Positions 50,094 to 59,381 of a stretch of 64,000 bases of DNA are shown here, one piece after another (the first letter of the stretch is position 1; the number at the start of each line of letters is the position of its first letter). The stretch covers positions 1,664,001-1,728,000 of the forward strand of contig OY781964.1 in assembly GCA_963677485.1 (NCBI GenBank), in the 5' to 3' direction. The notes under the pieces are model-generated. The model was not told the origin of the DNA. It ran no database searches and saw only the letters and a program-made list of their open reading frames with translations. Source of the DNA: Armatimonadota bacterium (lineage in GTDB: Bacteria; Armatimonadota; HRBIN16). A program made the translations under genes and the position numbers.

Positions 50094-50422
50094 CGTAGGG
50101 ATGATCCTTGTGGTCATCCGTAAACCGGGGGTGGTCACCGACCTGTTACCCCGTCCTGCGGCCATATTCTATTGGCAATTGGTCTTGGCGGATGGGCACA
50201 AGACCCATCCCTACGGATTCACTGTATGCCATCGTCCTACCAGCAGACGTATCCATGCCGATAATTCGTAGGGATGATCTTTGTGGTCATCCGCACACCT
50301 GGGTAGATACCGACCTGTTACCCCGTCCTGCGGCCATGTTCTATCGGCAGTTGTTCATGGTGGATGGGCACAAGACCCATCCCTACGGATTCACTGTGTG
50401 GCATCGTCCTACCGGCGGACGT
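50094..50422. repeat. Tandem duplication (~174-bp period) of a GTAG-REP pair (BIME-like)
   Basis: cgtagggatgatc.ttgtggtcatccg...accgacctgttaccccgtcctgcggccat...ggatgggcacaagacccatccctacggattcactgt twice (from 50095 and 50267). Confidence 0.9.
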
Positions 50423-50443
50423 ATGCAAGCCAGTTATTCGAGA

Positions 50444-51760
50444 TCACGCCTTGTCCAGCGACTGCGCCAGTGCCACGCTCTTCTCTACCAGAATCTCATC
50501 GGCGCCCAGACCGAACGCGGTCAGCAGCCCGGTGAAACAGCGGCACGAGGTATCCGCACCGTAGCCGCCGCGCTCTTTGGCCCAGCGGCTCGGTAGATAG
50601 CCGTGCTCGCCGTTGGCGTATCCCACAAACGCGGTTTTACCGATGCCTAGTGCCGCCTTCACGCGGGTGGCGATGTCGCTGTAGCTCTCAAACGGCACGG
50701 CGATCAGCTTGAACTCATTAATGGAAAGCGCCGCGATCTCCGCCATAAACGTGGAAGGAACCATCCCGCGGGCCGCCGCATCGAGCATATCACCCGCCCA
50801 GGAAAGGAACAGGTCGGCATTCCCCAGCGGTTTAGGAATGGCCGATTCACACTCTCCACGGTTAACATCGGCTTCCCACTCCGCCACCAGCCGGTTGATC
50901 TCATCAGGCGAGAAAGGCGGGTCCAGCGGCAGCTCCACCACACCAACTGCCATATTCAACTCCACCTCATGGCTCCAGCGTGCATTTTCTAGCGAGCTCA
51001 CCGCGTGCTCTGCGAGGGTGGTGCCCATCTGATCGCAATCCTCAAAGCTCCCCGTGCCCCAACCGCGGTCGCGATAAACCACGGGGTCGACATCGCCGCA
51101 CGCTCCCTGCAGATACAGCCCGACCCCACCTCGTAAAACAGAGACAGTACCCGCGGCAACCGCCGGGAAGTCACCGGAGAGCAGCAGGTTGGATGGCCCC
51201 ATCGTGACGGCGTGGGTGGCGTAGTTCAGAATCGTGGCGATCGGCCGGCCGTCGAGCGTGTCCAGCGCGATGCTCGCCAGCTCGGTATCGATGGGGCGGT
51301 TGTTGTCATCGCGGTTGTAGCCGATTCCCTCCACTACAGCACTGCCGAAGGCGATCTGCGCGGGAACAAGCCGGCTCTCCAACCCAACCACCATGTTCAC
51401 AATGCTGGCGAACGCGCGGGTCAGCCAGATTTCGTCCGTCTGCCCCATCACCCCGCGGGTGGCAGAGCTGGCCGGTCCGGAATGGGTGTGAGTGCTGCAG
51501 ATGAGGATGTTTTTGGCGGGAATGGTGCTGCGAGAGGCGATCCGAGCGCGCATCTCCCAGCACTGCGCAGAGGTAAACCCTAAGAAGTCGCAGGAGATAA
51601 TCGCCACACGGCTGGTGCCGTCATCCAGAAGCACCCCCTGCGCACAAATGGGGTCATGCTCGCCTGTCGACGGCTCCGTGCGGGCGGAAAACCCGCACAA
51701 CCAGACGCCGGGTGTCGGGCACAGATCCACTCGGCCGGCGGCGGCTCTTAGTTGTCCCAT
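50444..51760 (-). CDS. Neutral/alkaline ceramidase-family hydrolase
   Basis: LCGFSAR, HDP, STHTHSGP, NYATHA, SGDFP, QGACGDV, GYANG..GYLP. Confidence 0.85.
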   Translation of the reverse strand: MGQLRAAAGRVDLCPTPGVWLCGFSARTEPSTGEHDPICAQGVLLDDGTSRVAIISCDFLGFTSAQCWEMRARIASRSTIPAKNILICSTHTHSGPASSATRGVMGQTDEIWLTRAFASIVNMVVGLESRLVPAQIAFGSAVVEGIGYNRDDNNRPIDTELASIALDTLDGRPIATILNYATHAVTMGPSNLLLSGDFPAVAAGTVSVLRGGVGLYLQGACGDVDPVVYRDRGWGTGSFEDCDQMGTTLAEHAVSSLENARWSHEVELNMAVGVVELPLDPPFSPDEINRLVAEWEADVNRGECESAIPKPLGNADLFLSWAGDMLDAAARGMVPSTFMAEIAALSINEFKLIAVPFESYSDIATRVKAALGIGKTAFVGYANGEHGYLPSRWAKERGGYGADTSCRCFTGLLTAFGLGADEILVEKSVALAQSLDKA

Positions 51761-51761
51761 G

Positions 51762-53018
51762 TTACTGCAGCTCCTTTAAGTTGTCACATACTTTGCGGAT
51801 GGCGTCGCCGATGCTTCGCACAGCCTCACCATCGGCCAGCAGCGCCTGGTGGCTGATCCAGCAGGTGTCCTCACAGACCTGCTCGCACACGGGGCAACTG
51901 ACGCTCGAGTAGTCCACTGGGCGTCCATAAAAGCCGCATGTGACCGGGCATCCCGCCGCGTTCGGCTCAAACGACTGGAATACCGGCTGGCGATAGAGCG
52001 GAATCGGGTATCCGGTGCCGATGGGCACTCCCTCCGCCTGGCACGCTGCGATGAACTGCTCGCGGCTGATGCCCAACACCGTGGAATCCAGCCGGAGAGT
52101 ATACATATGGTAGCTGCGGCGGGGCATCCTTGGCTCCGGTTTGGTCAGCGAGATACCCGGGATGCCTGCCAATGCGTCGTTTAGGATGGCGGCGTTCTCC
52201 ATCCGCTTCAAAGTCTGCGCCTCCAGGCGGCTGAGCTGCGCCAGCAAGATCGCGGCTTGGAACTCGGTGATTCGCAGGTTGCTGGCCATCACGTAGTGCT
52301 TATACCACTCACCGCCCTTGATGCGCCCGCAGTTGATCACGCTGGCGCAGGCGTCGGCTACGGCCTCATCATCGGTGACGATGATTCCGCCCTCTCCGCT
52401 GCTGATGTTCTTGGAGGCTTGGAAGCTGAAAACACCGCACGAGCCCAGCGTGCCCGCGCCTTTGCCCTTCCACTGGCTGCCCCAGGCGTGGCAGGCATCC
52501 TCCACGATCAGCAGGCCGTGCGCTTTCGCGATCTGCCCCAGACGGTCCATATCGGCCATATACCCGCCGAAATGCACGGGCATAATCGCCTTCGTCTTGT
52601 CGGTGATCTTCCGTTCCACATCCACCGGGTCGAGGCAAAGCGTGTCAGGTTCGATATCCGCAAAAACCGGGATGGCGTTGGCCCTCAGCACGGCGGAGGC
52701 CGTGGCCAGAAATGTGTAGGGCGGCACGATCACCTCATCGCCGGCACCGATGCCGAGTGCCATGAAGGCCGCCTCCAGGGCGGTGGTGCCGTTGGAGACG
52801 GTGACTCCGAATTTAGCCCCCTGGAACTGCGCGAACTCGCGCTCGAACTGGTGAACCTGCTCTCCAAACCACCAGTTCCCCGATTCGAGCACATTGTTGA
52901 GGTTTGTACGCTCTGCATCGTCCCAAACCGGCCATTGGGGCCACTGGTGGTCACAGCTCTTCGCACCCCCGTTGATCGCCAGGATGCCGGTGTTCGGTTC
53001 GTTGGGTGTCGTCATCAT
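51762..53018 (-). CDS. DegT/DnrJ/EryC1/StrS PLP-dependent aminotransferase
   Basis: SNGTTAL, EDACHAWG, FSFQASKNISSGEGG (PLP Lys), NLRITEFQAA. Confidence 0.93.
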   Translation of the reverse strand: MMTTPNEPNTGILAINGGAKSCDHQWPQWPVWDDAERTNLNNVLESGNWWFGEQVHQFEREFAQFQGAKFGVTVSNGTTALEAAFMALGIGAGDEVIVPPYTFLATASAVLRANAIPVFADIEPDTLCLDPVDVERKITDKTKAIMPVHFGGYMADMDRLGQIAKAHGLLIVEDACHAWGSQWKGKGAGTLGSCGVFSFQASKNISSGEGGIIVTDDEAVADACASVINCGRIKGGEWYKHYVMASNLRITEFQAAILLAQLSRLEAQTLKRMENAAILNDALAGIPGISLTKPEPRMPRRSYHMYTLRLDSTVLGISREQFIAACQAEGVPIGTGYPIPLYRQPVFQSFEPNAAGCPVTCGFYGRPVDYSSVSCPVCEQVCEDTCWISHQALLADGEAVRSIGDAIRKVCDNLKELQ

Positions 53019-53109
53019 GTCACTCCAGGGCTTGTCATTTGGTACGGCGTCGGTGCTGCCAGACGGCGCGGTACTTATGAACAGATTATATCTGACGGCT
53101 GCCCGCACT

Positions 53110-53412
53110 TCAACGACCAACCGCCTCATCGCCTTCGGCCCGGATCGCATCCAGCGACTTCCAGTATTCCGCCAACTGCTGCCGTCCCGTTTCGGTGATG
53201 CGGTAAGCCGTATGAGGCAGCTTGTTCTGAAAGCTCTTCTCGATTACGATATACCCGGCCTGCTCGAGCTTGGTGGTATGCACTGACAAGTTGCCCTTGC
53301 TGAGTTTGAAGGTATTCAACAGGAAGGTGAAATCGGCCTCAGCTAATGCAGACAACAACACCAGAATCCGTAGGCGGGTCGGCTGGTGGATCAGCTCATC
53401 AAGCTCCTGCAT
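53110..53412 (-). CDS. Winged-helix transcriptional regulator (MarR/ArsR-like, HTH_34 type)
   Basis: LDELIHQPTRLRI, DFTFL, LSKGNLSVH..KLE.AGYI, T.YRIT..GR. Confidence 0.9.
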   Translation of the reverse strand: MQELDELIHQPTRLRILVLLSALAEADFTFLLNTFKLSKGNLSVHTTKLEQAGYIVIEKSFQNKLPHTAYRITETGRQQLAEYWKSLDAIRAEGDEAVGR

Positions 53413-54235
53413 GGTCACCGTCCTCGCCATCAGGTTCCTCGGTATCGTCAAGCGGGCTCAGGGCCGCGACCTGCAGCTTCAACAACGCGTACCGGCTGTA
53501 TAAGTGTTTAGCAAGGATGTAAAGCAACTGATACACGCTAAATGGCAGAAAGACTTCCATCAGCTGCTGTGCTGTTACATATATATGTCCACCCTCGGCT
53601 AACTGGCTGGCGGTAAACGCGGAGAGACGCACCCCAGCCAATATGAGCACCGCATGAATGGAATATAACGCAGGGAATATCAAACCGAGCCATTTCGGAT
53701 TATCTGCTCTGGCTATTTGCCAGATATATAAGGGCACGATCACCACGGCCATGGCTGGCTGAAGGAACACCCCAGGCACCTTGAGCACATTTATTACTAC
53801 ATTGATTGCCACATAGATGCCCCCAAGTATCAACCAGGGTAAGCTGAAGCATATCAGCATCGTCAGATATCTTGGACGAGTGCTCTGTTTGGATGGAGCT
53901 TGCCCGGCAGGAACTGCGTTTCCCTCTTGGCTCGATAATTTCAACGCGATACTCTGGAATATACGGTTTCGTCGACCAGTCACCGATAACCAGATCATAC
54001 TACCGATGATTGCCAGGTTGTAGATCACCGCCAGGGAGATCAGTACGGGGTGACCACCATGAGTTGATAACGCGATAAGGCTAGCTACTCCAAACGAGAG
54101 TGATCCTGAAAAGATGGCCACATAGATTATCATAACTAGGACAGGTTGTACTCGATTTCGGGCATATCGATCCGCCCATAACGGTAGTTCGGTACGTGGC
54201 CCATTTGTTGACTTCGATTTCTTGTTCATGGTCAT
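53399..54235 (-). CDS. Membrane protein of unknown function (paralog 3)
   Basis: About 6 TM segments; ELPLWADRYARNRV and KHLYSRYALLKLQVAAL. Confidence 0.8.
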   Translation of the reverse strand: MTMNKKSKSTNGPRTELPLWADRYARNRVQPVLVMIIYVAIFSGSLSFGVASLIALSTHGGHPVLISLAVIYNLAIIGSMIWLSVTGRRNRIFQSIALKLSSQEGNAVPAGQAPSKQSTRPRYLTMLICFSLPWLILGGIYVAINVVINVLKVPGVFLQPAMAVVIVPLYIWQIARADNPKWLGLIFPALYSIHAVLILAGVRLSAFTASQLAEGGHIYVTAQQLMEVFLPFSVYQLLYILAKHLYSRYALLKLQVAALSPLDDTEEPDGEDGDHAGA

Positions 54236-54347
54236 TACCTCCTATGGGTAATTCCGGGCATTGTTGTTGGCCGATTATGCATATGAATTTGTGTATATGC
54301 GTAAGTGATTTGCAGGCTTGTGTATGGTTCTATCAAATGCACGAATA

Positions 54348-55157
54348 TCACCCATCCTGCCCGTCGGCCTCCTCTAGCTCACTAGGTGGAGTCAGTGCTG
54401 CGACCTGCAGTTTCAACAACGCATACCGGCTGTAGAGATGTTTGACGAGCAATGACAGCAGCGTATACAAGCATAACGGAAAAAACACATCCATGATCTG
54501 GTTGCCTGTAGGCCATCTGTGCGGATGTATCTTCTGCTCATTGCCCGAAAACACAGACAGATGCAGACCCGCCAGCACCAGCAGCGCATGGGCTGTGTAA
54601 AGTGAAGGCACAATCCATCCAAGCCATTTGGGATTATCGGCGCGGGTGATCGCCTGCCAAAACATGATCGGCACGATCACCGCAGCCATGGCCGGCTGCA
54701 AATCGGCTGATGGCACATGAAGTACGTGCAGGAAGAGATACATCAACAACAGCCATAACCACGGACCCAAAAACATAAAAAGCATCGCCACAACCTTTTC
54801 GGTCGTTTTAGGCACACGTTGTGGAGTGACAGGAACAGCTCTACCCTCCCGTTGGTAGAGGTTGCCCATGAATGTTTCATACATGGTAGTCAATCGACCT
54901 GTGACGGCCATCCAGCACACTGCCACCACCACAGCCAGATTGTAGATATATGCCAAGCCGATGAGTACCGGATTGCCGCCTCGCGCCAAAAACCTTAAGA
55001 GAACCGCGATGCCCAATGCAATAGCGGCAGCATAGAACGCGGCAATGACCAGCACCACAAGCACAGGAAGCACCCGATTTCGGGCGTAGCGATCAGCCCA
55101 TAGCGGCAACTCTTGACGTGAATCTGTCGGAGATACGTGGTGTCTAGTCATCATCAT
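54348..55157 (-). CDS. Membrane protein of unknown function (paralog 2)
   Basis: ELPLWADRYARNRV, QPAMAAVIVP, ADNPKWLG, KHLYSRYALLKLQVAAL. Confidence 0.8.
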   Translation of the reverse strand: MMMTRHHVSPTDSRQELPLWADRYARNRVLPVLVVLVIAAFYAAAIALGIAVLLRFLARGGNPVLIGLAYIYNLAVVVAVCWMAVTGRLTTMYETFMGNLYQREGRAVPVTPQRVPKTTEKVVAMLFMFLGPWLWLLLMYLFLHVLHVPSADLQPAMAAVIVPIMFWQAITRADNPKWLGWIVPSLYTAHALLVLAGLHLSVFSGNEQKIHPHRWPTGNQIMDVFFPLCLYTLLSLLVKHLYSRYALLKLQVAALTPPSELEEADGQDG

Positions 55158-55920
55158 GACCCCCGGATGAATACACTGACTCTTCCTCTGCGTTGTCCAA
55201 TGATTCCTGCGGCGTCAACACCGCGATCTGGAGTTTCAAGAGTGCATACCGGCTGTAGAAGTGCATCACCATCAGCGATATGACCGAATACACGAACAGT
55301 GGGATGAACGCATCAAGGTAGCTCACACCAAACGCGGGTACTGGCACACCTGCCAACACCAACACCGCATGAATGCCATAGAGCACTGGCATCAACAACC
55401 CTGGCCACTTCGGTGTTTCCGCACCTGCCAGAACCCCCCAGCTGATGAGCGGCACTATCACCACGGCGATGGCTGGTTGAAAGTACCTAGGCGGCACACC
55501 CAGCACATGGGTGAGCACATACAACAACAGCCAGGGGCCGACTAACAAGCTGCCCATGATGAGGTATGTTTTTAGTTTGCTGTGTACGGGCGTCGGTGTC
55601 GGGAGGGCAGGCACCACTACCCCTTCGTTTTCGTATAGCTTGGATGATAACCTCTTAAACCACCGCGTGTTGCGTCCGGTGATGATGGCCCAGAACAGGG
55701 TTAGTGTGATCGCCACATTCATGAAAATCGAGACGATGTACATGGCGGTGCTGTGTGAATGCATCAGCAGTATCGACGCTAATCCCTGCAGGGTGATTAA
55801 GAGCAGTACACCCACCATCCAGAGCAGGATCGGCAGCACGCGGTTCCGAGCGTATCGGCCCGCCCACAGCGGGATTTCACTTTGCGGATCATCTTTCGGT
55901 TTCGGCTTTGTTTTCATCAC
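55144..55920 (-). CDS. Membrane protein of unknown function (paralog 1)
   Basis: EIPLWAGRYARNRV, QPAIAVVIVP, PKWPG, HFYSRYALLKLQIAVL. Confidence 0.8.
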   Translation of the reverse strand: MMKTKPKPKDDPQSEIPLWAGRYARNRVLPILLWMVGVLLLITLQGLASILLMHSHSTAMYIVSIFMNVAITLTLFWAIITGRNTRWFKRLSSKLYENEGVVVPALPTPTPVHSKLKTYLIMGSLLVGPWLLLYVLTHVLGVPPRYFQPAIAVVIVPLISWGVLAGAETPKWPGLLMPVLYGIHAVLVLAGVPVPAFGVSYLDAFIPLFVYSVISLMVMHFYSRYALLKLQIAVLTPQESLDNAEEESVYSSGGHDDD

Positions 55921-55968
55921 GATGACCTTCTGTGTGGGGTCACTACCTACTGTCCTCCATCACGAATC

Positions 55969-56000
55969 AAGTTTACCACACAAACTAGTTTGCTTGTCAA
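55969..56000 (-). promoter_or_regulatory. Candidate sigma70 promoter with overlapping palindromic operator
   Basis: Minus strand TTGACA-19 nt-TAAACT with extended TG; palindromes caaactagtttg and agttt-N7-aaact. Confidence 0.5.
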
Positions 56001-56014
56001 GTATTTTTAGAGAT

Positions 56015-56392
56015 AAATCCACAGATTACACAGATGACGCCGATTTTGGGATGACCAGGGTCCAACGCAAAGGCGCAGAGGGGCAAAGGACGCAAAGGAA
56101 TCCGCTCGATCCGAGGTTCAGACAACTATTCACCACGAATTGAGACAAATGGGGAATTATCTCACGCGAAGACGCGAAAACGCGAAGGGTGGGGATGAGC
56201 CACCTCTCCATCCGAACCATCCGTGTAATCCGTGGTTCAGACAAAAGGCCGGCGCGGTCTGACGGTACGCTAGCGACTGTAGATGGCCCATGACCGCGCC
56301 GGTCAGAAACCCCTTCGCGCCGTCACCTGTGGTGTCGCGTCTTCGCATGAGACGGCCGCCATTCGTGTCTATTCGTGTCCATTCGTGGTTAG
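56015..56392. repeat. Mosaic intergenic repeat array 3
   Basis: aatccacagattacacagat; ccaacgcaaaggcgcagaggggcaaagg; tctcacgcgaagacgcgaaaacgcgaa; ccatccgtgtaatccgtggttcagac; ggcgcggtct..gaccgcgcc; attcgtg x3. Confidence 0.85.
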
Positions 56393-56499
56393 TGAATCAA
56401 CTGGGGTCTACGTGTGAAATATGCCCCGGTATAGCACTATTCGCTTCCCCATCGGGTACAATTCACAAAAGCGTTATCTCATCCAAGGGGTAGAACAGC

Positions 56500-57222
56500 A
56501 TGGACGATTCCGATTTCCTGCCACCCAGCCTGAAACTACAAGACATGCCCACTGACAGCCGCCCGCGCGAAAAGATGCACCTGAGGGGCGTCAACAGCTT
56601 GGAGGACCACGAGCTGCTGGCCATCCTGCTGAGGGTCGGCATGAAGGGCAAAAACGCCGTGCAGTTGGCGCAGGAGATTCTCTCTGAGCTGGGCGACACG
56701 CGCCAGATCGCCCAACGGTCACCCGACGACCTGCTGATGGAGCTCACCTCCATCCCCGGCGTGGGGCCCGCCAAGGCCTGCCAGATCGTCGCCGCGATTG
56801 AGCTGGGGCGAAGGGTGGAGCGCAGCCAGCTCAACCCGAAGGAGCAGATCGACCTGGCGGATGCAAGCATGGCGAAGCAGTATCTGCAGTCCGTGTTGCG
56901 TTATGAGGAGTCGGAGATGGTGCTGCTTCTGGTGCTGGACTCGCACCACCGGTTGAAAACACAACGGGTGATCTTTCAAGGCACGGTCTCCGAGACATTT
57001 CTGAGCCCCAGGGAGGTCTACACCATAGCCTTGCGGCTGGGTGCGGCGGGTATCATGCTGGCACACAACCACCCGTCTGGTGATCCCGCCCCCAGCACGG
57101 CGGACATCATGGCCACTAAACGCATCAAACAGGCTGGCGAGATGATTGGAATACCCCTCATTGACCACATTGTGGTGGGTGACCCCGATGTGATCAGCAT
57201 GAAATGCGCAGGAATCATGTAG
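56500..57222 (+). CDS. radC: RadC family JAB-domain protein
   Basis: PREK..ELLAILL, HhH IPGVGPAKA, HNHPSGD..PS.AD, LIDHI. Confidence 0.95.
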   Translation: MDDSDFLPPSLKLQDMPTDSRPREKMHLRGVNSLEDHELLAILLRVGMKGKNAVQLAQEILSELGDTRQIAQRSPDDLLMELTSIPGVGPAKACQIVAAIELGRRVERSQLNPKEQIDLADASMAKQYLQSVLRYEESEMVLLLVLDSHHRLKTQRVIFQGTVSETFLSPREVYTIALRLGAAGIMLAHNHPSGDPAPSTADIMATKRIKQAGEMIGIPLIDHIVVGDPDVISMKCAGIM

Positions 57223-57255
57223 CATATCAGTAATACGCCATTCCGAGGTCTTGCC

Positions 57256-58815
57256 ATGAACACCAATCATCGCACCATCAGACGATATGCTGAGCTGTTG
57301 CTTGCCATCGCCTGCCTGTCCCCAATGCTTCGCGCGGCGGTGCCTGCGCCGAAGGCTGCGCAATCGGAGATACAGGTGGGCGCGTTCTACTTCCCCGGCT
57401 GGGCCTCCGAGGACCGCTGGTATTGCATGGCCGCGAACCCCGCAGTGCTGCACCCGCAGATGGGGTATTACCGCGAAGGATCGCCTGAGGTGGCCGACTG
57501 GCAGATCAAGCAGGCGGTGGAGCACGGCGTCAGCTTCTTCGCATTCGATTATTACTCCAACCACGGCAGCCAGTGGCTTGAGACCGCGCTGGATGAGGGC
57601 TTCCTGAAGTGCAAGAACATCAAGCAGTTCAAGTTCTGCCTGAACTGGTGCAACGAGATATCCGATGCCGACGAACTTCAGCTACTAGGCGATATCATCA
57701 TCAAGAAGTATCTCACCCACCCCTCCTATCTGAAGGTCGACGGCAAGCCGGTGCTGATGATACTCGGAGGCAGCAGCTTTGCACAAAACCTCGGTGTGGA
57801 ACAAGCGCGTCAGAAATTCGATGCGCTGGAGCAGCGTTGCAAACAGGCTGGTCTGAAGGGCCTCTACTTGATGTTCGGTGACGGTGCCGTGGTGAGCACT
57901 GAGGTGGTTAAGAACGGCTTTGCCAGCGGGGCCGACGGCTATTTCCTGTATAACTACCCGTATGCCGGGGTGCCCGGAGCCGCTCCTGGTAAACACGACG
58001 AAGCAAGCTATGAACACCTTATCCAACAAGCGAACGGCTTGATGAAGCACTGGCAGGGCGTCACTGACGGTCGGTTCTGGCCCACGGTGATGGCGGGCTG
58101 GGACCGCCGTCCCTGGACCAAACAGGCCGACCTTCGCCGCACCGGCACCACACCGGAGCTGTTTGCGAAGTCGCTAAAGAGCCTGAAGCCGATGGTCAAT
58201 GAGCAGCGCATCCTATTGATTGAGGCCTGGAATGAATGGGGTGAGGGCTCTATACTCGAGCCCAGTAGGGAGCAGGGATGCGCCTATCTAGATAAAGTGC
58301 GCGAGCTGTTTTGCCCGAAATCAGGACCACATCCCAAATCCGATGTGAAGCTCATGCAGGCTACAGCCCCTCAGTTCCGTTTTGAGCTGCCTTCCAGGAA
58401 GAGCTGGAGTTTTAATGACAACTTATTGGGCTGTACCCCTTCCGGCATGAGTGACGTCAAGGTCCGGGGCGGAGAGGTATCGGGTGTCGCAACAGGTAAT
58501 GATCCGCAGCTCCTTAGCCCACTCTGTTATCTGGAGTGCAGCCAAACGCCACGGGTGCGATTCCGAATGCGGGCTGCCGATCCCGCAAAGACGGGTGGAG
58601 TCAGTGAAGGGGAGTTCTTCTGGTCAACGGTGGATTCCGATATGAATGGCGACACGCGCATACCATTCGTGATACAGCAAGACGGCCAATGGCATACCTA
58701 CGAGCTTGATTTGAGCAAAAGCCCCTTCTGGAAGGGCCGCACAGACCGCTTCCGTCTGGACCCCGGCAACACACCGGGTGCAACAATTGAGGTAGACGAA
58801 ATCCAGTTTGATTGA
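57256..58815 (+). CDS. Secreted GH99-like (WbsX-like) glycoside hydrolase with C-terminal CBM-like module
   Basis: GAFYFPGW, P.MGYY, FCLNW.N, GWDRRPW, AWNEWGEGS.LEP; C-terminal NDPQL...FRLDP. Confidence 0.85.
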   Translation: MNTNHRTIRRYAELLLAIACLSPMLRAAVPAPKAAQSEIQVGAFYFPGWASEDRWYCMAANPAVLHPQMGYYREGSPEVADWQIKQAVEHGVSFFAFDYYSNHGSQWLETALDEGFLKCKNIKQFKFCLNWCNEISDADELQLLGDIIIKKYLTHPSYLKVDGKPVLMILGGSSFAQNLGVEQARQKFDALEQRCKQAGLKGLYLMFGDGAVVSTEVVKNGFASGADGYFLYNYPYAGVPGAAPGKHDEASYEHLIQQANGLMKHWQGVTDGRFWPTVMAGWDRRPWTKQADLRRTGTTPELFAKSLKSLKPMVNEQRILLIEAWNEWGEGSILEPSREQGCAYLDKVRELFCPKSGPHPKSDVKLMQATAPQFRFELPSRKSWSFNDNLLGCTPSGMSDVKVRGGEVSGVATGNDPQLLSPLCYLECSQTPRVRFRMRAADPAKTGGVSEGEFFWSTVDSDMNGDTRIPFVIQQDGQWHTYELDLSKSPFWKGRTDRFRLDPGNTPGATIEVDEIQFD

Positions 58816-58865
58816 TAGCGCGTAGGCCTCATTTTGCCACTTTCCGGGGCGGTTCTCCCTCAGAA

Positions 58866-58930
58866 CGGCGCGGTCTATTGCCTTCTGCTATTGCTAACGT
58901 ACTGACAGACCGCCCCGGACATAGGCATTT
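58866..58930. repeat. ggcgcggtct...gaccgccccggacatagg element
   Basis: Core at 58908-58924 matches 18648 and 47101. Confidence 0.75.
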
Positions 58931-59381
58931 AAGGTTGCGAAGTATCGACACATACGTGATCCACCATTCGTAGTAGGGGGGGTGTGAACATCCGCCTAAT
59001 CCGTCCGATTATCATCACACACCAAAAGTCGTTACCGTCAACTGTGATGATCCGGCAATCTGTGGCACAGGTGATACCCATCACAAGCAATTCTGGCATG
59101 TGAATCGCACAATTGAACTGAATTCACTGTTTTCGAGAACAGCCGTGCTCTGCATGTGAGCTCTCGAAGTGGGAATGGCTCGTCCGCCAGAACGGCGCAG
59201 TACAGCCTGTTAATATCGATATTTCAATCAAGCATACCTGCTTGCACGCAAATATGTACCAGGAATACGCAAATACCACACCAATTCTCTATGATAACCG
59301 TCCATCACCCCTTGCATTTCTCCCTCAGTGTGTTATTATTCCTTAAAAGCACACAATTTCCGGGGTATTCTGGAGGACAAC

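Noticed and set aside
56500-57222. radC as a marker of a mobile element
   Set aside because: Full-length chromosomal type with N-terminal HhH; no integrase or conjugation genes nearby.
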